Below, piece after piece: positions 16,620 to 36,056 of a stretch of 64,000 bases of DNA (within the stretch, counting starts at the first letter, position 1; every line of letters starts with the position of its first letter). The notes under the pieces were generated by a model. That model saw only the letters and a list, made by a program, of their open reading frames with translations. It did not search any database and was not told where the DNA came from. Source of the stretch: the human T2T-CHM13v2.0 reference genome, Homo sapiens; assembly GCF_009914755.1 (NCBI RefSeq), contig NC_060929.1, one strand, 5' to 3'. Both the position numbers and the translations under genes were made by a program.

Positions 16620-16830
16620 AGCCATGGTTTAGAATTTGAATAATCCCTAACATTGGTTTTGTTGATTACTAGTTTTGCAATCTTAGGCAAATTATTTAAT
16701 TTTCTGGACCTTTTGTCTGTAAATTAGGAAGACACAGGTATGATGCATGTGTTGTGATGCTGAAAACAATGATGCTTGTGTTGTAACTAGCATAAGACTT
16801 TATACACGGGAAGTGCTCAAAAAAGTATTT
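16620..16830 (+). mobile_element. MIR SINE (diverged)
   Basis: TTACTAG...CTTAGGCAAATTATTTAAT...TCTGTAAA...AAGTGCTCAAAAAAG. Confidence 0.65.
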
Positions 16831-17372
16831 TTTTCAAAAATTATGTAATGTGACTATTCAATACAAAAGGCACTCTATAAAATAAAATCGAATTGATCAA
16901 TGTACCTCAAAGATTCAGCTGTGTGGGTAATTATTTCTCAGTTTTTCTTTTGGTGATTTTATTTATTTTAAATTCACACCAAAAAAATTCATGACGGGAA
17001 AAGTAAAATTGTCCCTGCCAACATCATAGAATTCAAGTGAGAGATTAATTATGTCATATATAAAGCATCACTTTGAACTTCAGAAAGTTAATTAAATTTA
17101 AATTAAAAAAAAAACAAATACTCAAACCTTTCTAGGTTTCAAGTTTCTATCTAAGCTATAAGAAAAAGTTACAATATAGTTACTCATATGTTAAAGTACA
17201 TGAGTCAATGATAGTGATATTTTTCTGTAATTTATGGAGTAATTATTTTATATGTTGTATATATTATTATCTGTATATAAGGTAATAGGTACCAGGTGGA
17301 AAAAAAATAGTGTTCGTGTTAGTATTACTATGCTTGTTAAGATAATTTTAATTCAAAATCTATTAAGCACCA

Positions 17373-17774
17373 CATATTATTTTACCAGGGCTGCCACAAC
17401 AAAATACAAGAGACTGGATGGCTTAAACATCAGCAATGTATTTTCCCACAGTTCTGGAGTTGGGAAATCTGACATCAAGGTGTCCGCGGGTTTGGTTTTT
17501 GCTGAGGCCTCTCCTTGGCTTGCAGATGGCTGCCTTCTTGCTGTGTGTTCACATGATTGTCTCTTAGTGTGTGCATTTGTCTGGTGTCTCTGTCTGTCTT
17601 AATCTCTTTTTAAAAGGACACCAGATATATTGGATTAGAACTCATCTTATTGACCTAATTTTTACTTAATTGCTTCTTTAAATATCTTGTCTCCAAATGG
17701 GTTGCATTCTGTGGTACTCAGATTTAGGGATTCAATATATGAATTGGGGGGAACACAAATCAGCCAATATCACA
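17373..17774 (-). mobile_element. MaLR solo LTR (MLT1A0/MLT1B-like)
   Basis: AGGGCTGCCACAACAAAATAC...GGCTTGCAGATGGCTGCCTTC...GGGGGAACACAAATCAGCC. Confidence 0.85.
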
Positions 17775-18457
17775 TGAATTCTTTTTCTAGCAAAGAAAGC
17801 ATCCATTCTATTAGGAGTCTTCCTTTACTTAATAGAAAACCAGCAGAACAGTACCATGTTTATACAAATGTAAATTAATTTACTTATTCCTGTATGAGAG
17901 CACTCATATGTGTGTGCATGTGAAAACAAAAGTCATAAAGTCACTGTATATCTGAACACATGAATTTTAGTATACTTTTAAGAGGATTGGCTTTCAAAGA
18001 CTTAGAAAATCATTTTAAGTTGTCAAATGGAGTTAGACTAGACTGCTGGTTGCCCACATATAGTGTTTTGTATTTTGTGATGAATTATTTCAGACTTTGA
18101 AAAGATACTGTGATATTCTCTGGGAGACCTGGAGATTGAATGATCCACAGCAGATAGGAGAGAGGACTTCACACATAAATAAATGGATACGTGTGCTGTG
18201 TCTAACTTTTGAGTGGTAACAATCCTTGAATTTGAAGGAAGACGACATTTTCATGACTATTGAAGCTTTTGTAATCAGGACGAAGAAATGAAGAATCTGG
18301 TGAACTAAGGCATTAAAGTTAAAATAAAAACAGAAAATTTTGATAGATTGTGATTAAGTAGACCTTGAACATATGAAAACTTTCAGGGATCCTGATATTT
18401 GTCTTGGACCTTTGGGCCCTGAAAGTAATCACCTTTGTTACTAGGGGAAGTCACTTT

Positions 18458-20979
<2,522 letters not shown>

Positions 20980-23111
20980 GGAAGTCACTTTCTGTATTGT
21001 ACTTCGCTTAATACTTAAGCCTCCAGGAAAGTTTTGTTAGATATTGCAGCCAGGTCTAGGCTAAGTATTTTAAATTTTTTGTTTTTATTTTATTTGATTA
21101 TAAGCGGTATTCTGATCAGTGACAGAAGCGACTTGGGTCCACCTTTAACAGAACGTTGGTGTACAGCAAATCAGCACAATCTTCTCCTCTATGAACATGT
21201 GTGTTGACTCATGCATACTCAAGAAACCCTGTGAAGCAGCCTTGAAAAGAGATTTTTCTGGCCAAGGTGATAAGCAAATACTTGTATAGATGTTATGACT
21301 GTGCAAATGGTTCCCAAGGAGACCTCAGAAATGACTTGCAGAAGAGAATTTTGAAAAAAAAATTTAATTGGCTCTAACACAATAGAAAGCCAGTCATTAA
21401 TTGTAATAACTCTCTAGTGTTGATACTCTAAGGTATGAGCATACCTCAGAATTAGGACCAGTTCATATTATACTAAAAAATAAATATTGTCTTAAATGAT
21501 ATGGTGTTATTAGGTCACATTAAAATGAGGAACACTCATTTTGCTTCTATTATAATTATCATCAAGTCATTCACAGCTAAAATATCTGGAATTGGTTCAT
21601 ACAGCTAATTACAGTAGTCACCAAACACTCACTCATTTGGATAGTCAGCTGGGCTAAAGAAAAATATGTATTATAAAGATTACCTTAATTATTGAAAACA
21701 CATCCTGGAGTATTTCTGCTTTCGTGAAACAAACAGCCAATAAAAAGTTTCTGGATTTTGAAAGGCCCAATTCACTATGGTATTGTAGTCCATAGAGAAA
21801 AGAAGCCCCTGGCATTTCATTCTTTATCATAATTATGTTGCATTTCAATTATTATTCTAATTAATCATTACACAGGCACTTCAGGCTTTGCTATGATGGT
21901 AGAATTGATTTCCACATTGCTTTGATGTCCCATGAATATGACCTTGTCAGTGTAACTCTAACCTTGAGATGCCTCTTTGTTTCCTTTTAGTAACTAGAGA
22001 CTAAATCCCTCAGACACATTCTGGAATCTGATGCTCTATATGTCTAATGTGTTAGAAGCTCCATTAGGATGTAACAAGATTTTAGCCACATTCCCCGCAG
22101 CACTGTGGGGTACTGCTGCTTCATGAGATTTTTCTCTAAAGTAACCTTTCAAAGTCAGCCACAAAACCTCTTATTCTAGATCATACTGGCATCTGACCTT
22201 TGTAAACTTAAAAGAAAAAATAGGAAGAAGAAAGATGCTAAGGGAGACACAGTTATCTTTTTCAAAATGCAGCTAAACCCACAAGCTACAGAGATATCAT
22301 GACCTATAAAGTTCAGAGCTGTGATGATTCTTTCTAACAATTACCCACAGCTATTATGATTTCCTCCCATCACTAAAACTGTCATTGCTAAGATAATTGC
22401 TCCAGTTTGAGAAGGTAGAAGATTTAACAAGTAACTAATATGTAAAGGATAGAGAGAAGAAGGGGAGAGGTTGATATGATCCCTGTCCTTTCACACTGTT
22501 AATATGCCAGGTGATAAAATGTCTCATTCACTCCGAAACATTATCACTATACAGGCACTCCTTACAGTGTTTGTTCTCATATATGTCCTCATATTTTTTT
22601 TTCCTTTTAAAGTGGCTCTGAGAAATGGCTAATGCACAATCTAATTATGTGATAATAAATGTTAATGACAGTATTATCAGATGATAACTAGGCTTCATTA
22701 ATGTGTCTCATTATGATTCTCAGTCCCTTGTGGAAGATTGTGAAGAAAGGACCTTAGATATTCCAGATTATATTTGAATGTAGTAGTTACAGAGCCCATA
22801 TCCAGGGAGAAAGGAAGATATCAGAGACACCTTTAGCTCTTTCTCTAATTTTGCTTCTTCAAACCTAAGCATCCATCAATCACATCTCAAAATTTATCAT
22901 ATACCTTCAGCATAATAAAAATAGTAATTATAGTAATAGTAATAGTCCTGATATGACAAATAATATGTAAGATCATTTTAATTGTAACTGCTGATATATT
23001 TTGGTATAAGTATACAGGCATTTATGTCCCAAACATTATGACCTTGATTATCCATAACAAGTTCAAATCATTTAGAGAGGATACACTTATTTAAAGGTTT
23101 GCACCTGTTAA

Positions 23112-23456
<345 letters not shown>

Positions 23457-23644
23457 AGCTACACTATTCTTAACACTCAAAGTAGCACTGTCAAGTTATC
23501 ACCAAGATTTCATCACAATTTTTATTATTTTTCTATATTTACCCTCTATTTTAACTATGTAAATTTATCAAATGTTTTAATATTTGAGAGGGCAAATCTA
23601 CTATCACCGATATTTAATGTTTTGTATTTTTTCTTAATTATTAT

Positions 23645-24068
23645 ATTTTTTAAATTGACGTGATAATTGTACATATTTATGGGGTATGTAGTGATATTTC
23701 GATACATACAATGAATAATTAACAGATTCGTGTAATTCTCGTATCCATCATGTCAAAATTTATCATTTCTTTGTGATGGGAACATTCAGTATACCCCTTC
23801 TAGCAATTTGAAACTATATTATTGTCAACTACAGTCATCCCACAATGCTATAGAACACTAGAACTTATTTGTCTCTAGCTGTAATTTTGTATCCCTTGAC
23901 AAATCTCTCTTTATCCTTCTCTCATCCCACCCTTCCCTGTCTCTAGTATATTCCATTCTACTTTTTCCTCCTCTGAGATCAACTTTTTTTTAGTTTCCAC
24001 ATATGAGTGAGAACATGCAGTGTTTAACTTTCTGTTCTTAGCTTATTTTACGTAACATAATGTCCTCT
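23645..24068 (-). mobile_element. L1MA (4/5-like) 3' end
   Basis: TAATTGTACATATTTATGGGGTA...CCACATATGAGTGAGAACATGCAG...CATAATGTCCTC. Confidence 0.88.
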
Positions 24069-24499
24069 TGATTTGTCGAAGCTGCTTCTTATAGTTTCTA
24101 TTAGAAATATGTGTGTGTGCGCCTGTGTGTGTATAATGTAGGATATTTTAGGTAAACAACTAAATAGTTGTAAATGAGGCTGAACTGTTTTTAAGGTTTT
24201 ATTTGTGACTAATAATTTGTCTTATTAATAAAGCCTAGGTTAAAAAAATAAGTGGAAGACATATCTGTCACACACTATATCTTGGGAGTTTTGAAAAATA
24301 AAGTGTTGATTTCAGGCAAAATACTTAGTTCAACTGTAACTAAATCAGCAAAGATGTCATGATTCCATAAGGGAGCCACTCTAAATATAATGTTAAATGG
24401 AATATTTCATTATATTTTAGAAGTAGGGACTACTAGTTTGACATTTATGTTTTTGAGTATATGTGGTTGCATTCTTATATCTAATAAAATATTCAGTTG

Positions 24500-25160
24500 T
24501 CTTAAACTTAACATTCTTAAGGCCTAGGGCAAGGATAATAATCAAAACCTATATAGTGTATGTTTGCATATTTAAAAGTTATAAATCAAGTTAACAAACT
24601 GTTAAAATAAAGTATGCTGTGTTCTCTCACTTTGACACATATACCTTCTCAATGAAATTCAGGTTTGGAACTAGAATTCTTGGGCCGTCAACATCCAGCA
24701 CAGAATATGAGGACATAGAGAGAGCCGGTGCCCTGACCTGGTCTCACACCATGAGAGGCCTTGTGTTTATACGTTTTGGGTACCTCTGTTGATATGTTGA
24801 AACTCAGTCTACCACTGTAGCTCTAGCAAAAAGCTTCCCATTGGCCCACAGGGCCTCTAGTTGTGCACTCTGTATACGTGGTTCACCATGAAAGACAGAA
24901 CTGGTGGAGAGGAACATGGATGCTGGAAGCAGTCTCAAAACCCTTTGAAGACAGAATTCTAAGTCTTTATGTTCTACAGCATGATCTCAAAGGTGGTAGG
25001 TGGGGGTGAGCAGCATCACCTCCAACTAACCTCATCCCCTTGGACCTGGTAAACTCCTTGTACTTTGGGGAGGAATGTGGCCAGAGAGAGGACCATAGTG
25101 GAGCCCTTGAAAGCACAGGCTCCAGGGCAAAGTGTTCTTTTGCTCAATTATATGGGCATT
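24500..25160. mobile_element. MER115-like hAT-Tip100 DNA transposon relic
   Basis: ATATTTAAAAGTTATAAATCAAGTTAACAAACTGTTAAA...TTGACACATATACCTTC...TAGAATTCT...GAGAGCCGG as recalled from the MER115 consensus. Confidence 0.65.
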
Positions 25161-25372
25161 CTTCTTATGGGTGTAGTTATTTGCTTATTGCTATGTAATG
25201 ATTTGGATTTAATAATGCTATATTGAAAGTGCAATGGCCTACAGAACTGAGGGATCACGTTTTAGCTAAAATTCAATAGAAAAAAATGACTCCTTTATAA
25301 AAAAAAGTATTTAAATTTGTAAGTTGTCATCCCTATCCACTAAGGGATATTAAATGTATTAAATGCTGGGAA

Positions 25373-25435
25373 ATATATATGCACATATATATTTATATAT
25401 GTATGTATGTATGTGTGTGTGTGTATATATATATA
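25373..25435. repeat. Compound (TA)n(TATG)n(TG)n microsatellite
   Basis: Read directly from the sequence. Confidence 0.85.
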
Positions 25436-26258
25436 ATAGTGATCAGAGAAAAAGACAAATGAAGACAAACAGCAATGAGGATAAAAATAGTCCAAACATA
25501 TGAACTCCCAGATGCCATTTTGGAGGAAAATAAAAATTTCAATAGAAATCAATAGATAAGGAACAGATATTTAAGAAAATGTGCTTGGAACAAGTGCACA
25601 TAAAATAACTAAAATTTAGTATAATGGTCATGAAGGAAAAAAATATGCATGAAAACAAGACATTATGGAATATGAGAAAATTAGATGCTGAAGAAAATAA
25701 TTGATTGGACTAAAATTATTCCATTAGGCACTCTGATTAATACTCATTATTTAGTGGGGAGAAATATAGAGGTTGTTATTAGAAGACCCAATAGGCCCAC
25801 TATAACCTTTATATATCATTATATATAATTATATTGATCAATTTTACAGCTTCCAGTTTAAATAAAGGTTCATTCAGTCTCAGTAGATGCATTTTCTATA
25901 TATTATAGGTATCTGTATATAATTACATATATGTGTATATATATTATATTGAATATTGACAGATTATAATCACTTACATTTATAGGGTATAGAGTTATGC
26001 TTTAATATATGCATCCAATTTGGAATGACTAAATCAAGTTCATACCCATCGCCTCTAATAATTACCATTTATTTCTCCTGTCTCACAGAAACATTGCACT
26101 CTTTCAACAATATCTCTTCATTCCTCTCACTCCTAAATCTCTGGTAACTATTCTGTTCTCTACGTCTAGAATTCAACTATTATAGAGTCCACATAAAAGT
26201 GAGAACATATGGTATTTGTCTTTCTGTGCCTGTCTTATTTCACTTAGCATAATGTCTT

Positions 26259-28742
<2,484 letters not shown>

Positions 28743-30846
28743 GTCTTCCAGGTTTATTCATTTTGTTGCAGATGACAGAATTTCCCTCTCTTAATGCTGA
28801 ATAATATTCCATTGTATATATATACCACCTTTTCTTTATTCATTCATCTCTGATGGACACTTGGTTGATTCCGTAACTTGGCTGTTATGAATGATACTTC
28901 AATATCTGAAGTGCAGATATCTCTTCATCATGCTGATTTCATGTATTTTAGACATACACTCAGAAATCAGATTGCTGGATCATATGGTAATTTAATTTTT
29001 AGCTTCTTGAGGAACCTCCATGCAGTTTTCTGTAGTGGTTGTACTATTTACAGTTTCACACACAAAATACAAGCTTTCCCTTTTCTCCACATCCTCCCTA
29101 ATACTTGTAATCTGCATTTTGTATATTTTTAATTTTCTGAGTTAAATAAAATGTATTTAATGCAGTAAATATATATTTGGATCAGATGATCACTTCAGAG
29201 CTATTGCCACCAAGGTTCTTATGCAAGACTCTTCTTGATAAGGTAGATTGCAGAAGTAACAAAAGAGGTTTCAATAAACATAACTTTGGCTGTGTGTACT
29301 TCCTATTACTCCAGCAATGCATAATGGAGGTAAATATTAGGACTTCATGTGGATAATTTATAGAATGGAAATTTGATGTATTTATATCCAATCCATTTCT
29401 AAGTATGAGATATTGTAGGCAAACATTTACTTTCTGTCTGAGTAGAACATTTCTCGCTGACAAGGGAGATGATTTTTATGTCGTTATTTGCATTTGCACA
29501 AGAACACTCTCTTTTCTTTATCAAGATGTTCTTGATCCTGTGTAAAATATTTTCAGAAAAATTAAAGAGAAATTAAGCTTAGACAATTCCCTCTTATACA
29601 CCTGAAGCAAGCCCCTTGACACTCAAATAGTCACATAATAATTCTTTCCTCTTTTTGTGGAAAAAGCCTATAATAAAAGCTAAGTAAATTTAGTATTGAC
29701 TATTAAAGTCAAGAAAGTCACAACAAATATTGTGTTTACCATTCTCCACAAAACCTATTTTATTTATTACAATATAAGAAATATGAAATGCATATATCTC
29801 TCGTGTGAAATAATTTTTAAATTTTTCTGTTGAATATTTCATGTCATTAATAGAAGTGAAACCTTTTAAAAATATATAAAAGGATGTAATCACTGTTCCT
29901 TCGTTTTGATTCATGAATGTTTAGAAATGTGCAGACAATGTGCTGTACTTTTGCAGAACACAGTAGGTCACATGCAAAACCAGTGGTCACTTGCCCTCCA
30001 ACAGTGAGGTTCTGAAACTCCTCACAACTCTACATAAGAAAATTTCCCCAGAAAAATGTGAAACTCAGTGTGTTAAGATATAATATGATGCAATTTTTTT
30101 TGAATAGGAAATAGATAAGCATTGTAATAATTCAATGTTTGATCTCTTAGTTTTATAAAATGTATACTTTGTTAATTATTTTAAAATACTAAAAAATAGA
30201 AGTTACCTCTGCTTTTGGCAGGTACCTCATATAACTTATTGTTGAAGATATGAGAAGTAAATGGAGAAATATTATAAAATTTCCTTAGCTTATATGCATG
30301 GACCCTTGGGTTATATTCCTGAGAGCTTGCTGGAGCTGTGGAGGTTACGTATACAACATTTAGTGAGAGAGATGCTTAGCAATTTGTCATCTGGCCAACC
30401 CACTCATCACCCATCTCATTTTGCTGATGAAGATAGCTGAATTCCACCTTTTGTGGCTTTAAAAATGACTCAAAGGTAGAGAAGTTTTGTCATGCTTGCC
30501 TTCTCTTTCCTTTCCTTCCTCTCTCCATCACCTCTTGGAGTCAGAAAGGATAGAGGTGAGGCTGAGAGATTTGAGTCCATTTCCTCCCCTTCCTTGCCTT
30601 GTAATGGAGAGGGCCAACCTGAGAGTGGTGTACAGGAGATATCAAATCTCTATAGCATAAACCCATTTTTAGGATTCATGAAACTATAACAATTTAGTGG
30701 AGAATCAATCACTTTTGTAGAAGAACTTCTCATTTCTTTCCCCAAAATAGGTCAGATTACTTAAAACAAAAACTATTTGAGGAAGTCTTCCTCACTTGTC
30801 CTTGAATATAAAGACTGCTTAAAACAAAACAAAAATCCTAATCTGG

Positions 30847-31254
30847 TGATATAATTTGGATATGTGACCTCACCCAAATCTCATGTTGAACTGTAATCCC
30901 CAATGTTGGAGGTGGAGTGTGGTGGGAGGTGATTGGATCATGGGGGTGGATCCCTCATGAATACCATCCCCTTGGTGCTGTTCTTGTGATAGTGAGTGAA
31001 TTCTCACAAGATCTCATTGTTTACAGGTGCGTAGTGCCTCCGCCCATCTCTCTCTTGCTCCTGGTCTCATCGTGACGGGCCTGGTCCTGCCTCACTTTAT
31101 GCCACGACTAAGAGCTCCCTGAGGCCTCTCCAGAAGCAGATATCACTATGCTTCCTACACAGCCTGCAGAACCGTGAGCCAATTAAACATCTCTTCTTAT
31201 AAGTTACCTAGTCTCAGGTATTTCTTTATAGCAGTGCAACAACAGCCTAATACA
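30847..31254 (+). mobile_element. MST (A/B) solo LTR
   Basis: TGATATAATTTGG...CAGCCTAATACA; TSD TCTGG on both sides. Confidence 0.93.
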
Positions 31255-32284
31255 TCTGGCAATGTTTTTGGATGTGATTATAGATAAAAATAAATCTAAA
31301 AAGTTTACCAGCTTTCCGGGGATCTAGCCATCTTTATACAAAGGGCTTCAAAAATAAACTAATTAATAAAAGGATGGCTAATCATTAGAACAACATTTCA
31401 GTATCTGTGTGGGTGTTATATTTTATCTGTTAGTGAATATTTTATAATAAGGGAGCATGTTTCTTTCTGACTTGACATTAAAGTACCTATACATCTGTTA
31501 AAAAGTGCTTTGACCTTTAGCAATGTGGTATGATCAACGATATTATAAGCTGATTTAGGTTAAAAAAAGGACACATGGGCTTATCAGTTTTAGAAGTAGA
31601 CATCTGTATGCAAAAAAAAAATGTATTTCTGTATTTCAAGCACAAAATTAGGAACACTTAATTTTTCCTTTGGAAAAAAATTAAACACATAGACTTGCAT
31701 ACATATACCACTCATACAGAAACACCTATTTTTTGAAGCTTTGCTTTAAAACATAACATTTTAGAAATAAAATTGTGGATAGAAAGAGACAAGTGTTTAG
31801 TATGAAAAAAATTGCAGCATTTATCAATTAGAATATACTCATTAATTTGGCAAAGCCAAATGTGATTACAAATTAAACTGTGTCTTAAACCAGTAATTTT
31901 CATTTGTAGCATTTAAAGCACAAAGAAAAAAAAAAGCATATCTGTTCTGCTGTCCTGGAAATTGGGAGTACAACATAATCATTGACAACATGAAGAGAAT
32001 ATAGATCAGGGTGTAGAGTAGTTAAGAAAGATTTTTCTGAGAATAAAATATTGAAGACAAAAAAGAGCCTGTTTTAATCTATTCCTGTGACCTCAATTTC
32101 TGAGATGACATGCAAGGAACTAAAATACACACACCTCATGTTTGCTGAAAATCTGATATTATTTATATGTATATATGTTTATGTAGATATAGATATGGAT
32201 GCATGCATGTATGTATGTGCATCCATATACACACAGGCCCAGATCAAGTCCAACACCAACAGGGCAATATATATCAAATTGTAA

Positions 32285-33848
32285 GGGCTGCAGCTCTCCA
32301 GTGCTGAAATCTGGGTTCATGGAGGCAGCCTTGCCCCCATGGCTCTGCTGGCATTACCTTAGTTGGTGCTCTCTGTGATAGCCTGTCCCCATGGCAGTTC
32401 TCTGAAGTGGGCCCATCCCTATGGCAGTTCTCTGCCTGGACCTTCTTCTAGCTCTCTCAGGGCATCCTTTGAAATCTAGTCACATCCCCTCTGCTTTCCT
32501 GGGTGAAATACACACTTCGCTAAGGCTGCTGATTTCACTGGTGGGGTGACTGAGGAGGAGAACTGCAGAGTGCGGGGAGTGGAGACTGCAATGTGAGGAG
32601 GCTGTTATAATCAGTGGTGGTCTCTCTTTTGATAAACTTCTGCCCCCCAGACCCTGGAATTCTGGGCTCGTGATGGGAATGGCAGCATAGACAATCTCTA
32701 AAATGCCTTCAGGGTCATTCTTCCATTGCCTTTTACAATAAGCCCTGGCTTCTGTTTAGATGGCAGCATAACCCTTTCATTATTTTTGATGAATAGCACC
32801 TACCTTCCATTGAGGTGGCCTATCCATACTAATCTACTTATCCAACAGTTGGTTGGCCCACACTTGTTCTCTCCCAAACAGGTTTCCTCATGTTTTCCAA
32901 TGTAGATAGGCTGAATTTTTTTCAAGATTTTGAAGTTCTGCTTCCCTTTTGATTACAATCAATTTTAAATCATTTTTCTCTTCGCACATTTTACTATCAG
33001 CAGGCAAGAGGAACTAGGCCACTCTTCCAATACTTTGCTCAGAAATTTCCTCAGCCAAATATTCTACTTCAATGCTTACAATTTCTACTTTCCTGAAAAC
33101 ATGAGGAAAATTCAGCCAAATTCTTTACTCCTTTATTACAAGAGTGACCTTTCCTCCATTTTCCAATGACATGTTCCTCATTTCAACCTGAAACTTCATC
33201 AGTGTGACCTTTACCAAGCTTATTTCTGCCAGCATTATATTCTTAACTATTTAGTCTCTAAGAAAATTCCAGCTTTCTCTACAGCTTTTCTCCTCTCCTT
33301 CAGAGCTCACACTAGACTCACATTCTAAAGATCCTTTCAGAGCTGTGTTGACTTTTTCTACCATGCACTTTGAAACTCTTTTAGCCTCTACCCACTACCC
33401 AATCCCAAAACATCCCCACTTCCATATGTTTAGGTATATGTTATAGCATAGAGCACCCCCACTCTTTAGTACTAATTTTCTCTTAGTCTGTTTGAATTGC
33501 TGTAATAAATTGATACATACTATGTAGCTTATAAATGACAGACATTTATTTTTCATAGTTTTAGAGGCAGGGAAGTTTCAAGGCACCAGCAGATTAGGTA
33601 TCTGGTGAGGGCCAGCCTACTTGCTGGTCCATAGACATCTGTTTATTTACTATAAATTCAAATGGCGGAACAGCTTGGGGGGAGGTCTCTCTCAGACTTA
33701 TTTTATAAAGTCACTTATTTCATTCATGAGGGCTTTACTCCGATGACCTAATCATTTCCCGAAAGCCCCACCTCCTAATACCATCATTTTGGGGATTAGG
33801 GTTTCAACATGTGAATTTTGGAAAGGTACAAATGTTCAGACCATAACA
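32285..33848 (-). mobile_element. Truncated MaLR (MSTD/MLT1A-like): internal region plus one LTR (~33479-33848)
   Basis: Internal motifs CAAGAGTGACCTTTCCTCCA and CCCACTACCCAATCCCAAAA; LTR TCTTAGTCTG...GTTCAGACCATAACA. Confidence 0.85.
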
Positions 33849-33901
33849 GGTAAATTATCATTTTTCTAATTCTCCCTATGCAAATATTTACAAATGCCAA
33901 A

Positions 33902-34253
33902 TGACATGGTTTGGCTCTGAGTTCCCACCCAAATCTTATCCTGAATTGTACTCCCATAATTCCCAAGTGTTGTGGGAGGGAGCTGGTGGGAGATAATTTG
34001 AATCATGGGGATGGTTTTCTTCATAGTGTTCTCATGATAGTGAATAAGTCTTCTGAGATCTGATGGTTTTATCAGGGGTTTCTGCTTTTGCATCCTCATT
34101 TTCTCTTGCCGCCGCCATGTAAGAAGTGCCTTTCATATCCTGCCATGATTCTGAGGCCTCCCTAGCCATGTGGAACTGTACGTCCAATTAAACCTCCTTT
34201 TCTTCCGAGTCTCAGGTATGTCTTTATAAACAGCATGAAAATGGACTAATATG
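33902..34253 (+). mobile_element. THE1A-like solo LTR
   Basis: TGACATGGTTTGGCTCTG...TTTCTCTTGCCGCCGCCATGTAAGAAGTGCC...GGACTAAT. Confidence 0.92.
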
Positions 34254-34700
34254 ACGAGTTATTTGTTAACAACAACAACAACAAAAACAAATAGGACTTT
34301 GTTATTATAACAGTTGCCCAACTTTTAGCTCCTTTGACAAGACATGTTAATATTGAAACATAAAATGAAGTGAAATGTTTAATTAATCTCATGAATTTGC
34401 CTCCTTTAAAAAATATGTGAATATACCTACACACACTATGGGAATTTTCAAAGCCTTCCTAAAGCAGTGACATTTATCAGAATAAAAGTAATCATTAAAG
34501 AAAATATGGAAGATCTTCTTAATGATCTCTGCCTGAGATATTTTTAAACATTTGTAAAATTATTGGTTTTAGTAAAAATTGAGGGGAGACAAGGATTTAA
34601 TGGTTAATAAAATTTCTCAATGCAGGAAGTAAATGAGGAATCACATGCTCATTCATTCCTATTACTATATCACATAACCTAAATAAAGGGGGATGGGTAT

Positions 34701-35054
34701 TGTATTAGTCTGTTTTCATGCTGCTGCTGATAAAGACATGCCTGAAACTGGGCAATTTACAAAAGAAAGAGGTTTCATGGACTCACGGTTCCACGTGGCT
34801 GGGGAGGCCTCACAATGATGGTGGAAGGTGAAAGGCATGTCTCACATGGCGTTAGACAAAAGAAGAGAACTTGTTTAGGGAAACACCTCTTTATCAGATC
34901 TTATGAGACTTATTCACTATCATGAGAACAGCATGGGAAAGACCCACCCCTATGATTCAATTACCTCCTAACAGTTCCCTCCCACAACATGTGGGAACTG
35001 TGGGAGCTATAGTTCAAGATGAGATTTGAGTGGAGACACAACCAAATCATACCA
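34701..35054 (-). mobile_element. THE1B/C-like solo LTR
   Basis: TGTATTAGTCTGTTTTCATGCTGCT...CAAATCATACCA; TSD GGTAT. Confidence 0.93.
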
Positions 35055-35556
35055 GGTATTAAGTAAGTAAATATGGCATATTTTTCTTTTCCCATTAAAT
35101 GCATTTACTGTCAAATTTCCATTTGCCTTTTTTTCAAATCCTCTTTTCAAACATACAGTTTGCTTTCCCACTCTGAAAAAAAAAATGTGATTTATGAAAA
35201 TTTCACAAGACTATAGATGGCTATACTTAAAGTAAGAATATAAAAAACTGAAACTGATATGATCTAAAATAAAAACATCAACTCAGGAAATACAAATCAA
35301 GGGTAGAAATATTTGAGTTTCTGAATATCATAGTTCTGAAACATGCATGAATGCCAAAGTGAATTTCTAGGTCTGATTTAGAAATCTACTGAATTTCTAA
35401 ATCTGGACCATTAGACCAAATGTTATTTATTGTAAAAGCATTAGGTGACTTAAACAGGACTTTCACTTGAGGTAGTATTGAACAATCCATTCCTCAAGTT
35501 TAATCAAATACCAATGTTTCTGTTTAGAAAAATGTGTGGGAGAAAGTCAAAAGTAC

Positions 35557-36056
35557 TGCAGTAAGCAAAATAAGAGGCCCCCAAAGATATCCAGCTCTTA
35601 ATCTCTGGAGTCTGTGAATATGTTATTGTGTTACATCGCTTAAGGGAATTAAGGGTTCAGAGGGAATTTGGCCTTTAAAAATGAAGATTATACTGGATTA
35701 TCTGGGTAGGCATGATGTATCACAAGGATCCCTAAAATATGGAAGAGGGAGTTAGGGGAGTTAGTATCACAGTGATGCAATGTGAGAAAGACTCAATTGT
35801 CCATAGCTGGTTTTCAGGATAAAATGGGATCATGACCCAAAGAATCTGGGCAGCCTCTCAAAGTTGGAAAAGGCAAGAAAACAGATTCTTCCCTAGAGTT
35901 TCCAAAAATGAATGCATCCCTGTGGACACCTTGATTTTAGCACAGTGAGACATATTTTGGACCTTTGGCTTCCAGATCTGTAAGGTCATAAGTTTGTGTT
36001 GTTTTATGCCAGAAAGTTTGTTGTAAGTGCTTATAGCTGCAATAGAAAACAATACA
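35557..36056 (+). mobile_element. MLT1D-like solo LTR
   Basis: GGCCCCCAAAGATATCCA...GGAAAAGGCAAGAAAACAGATTCTTCCCTAGAG...CAATAGAAAACAATACA. Confidence 0.88.
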
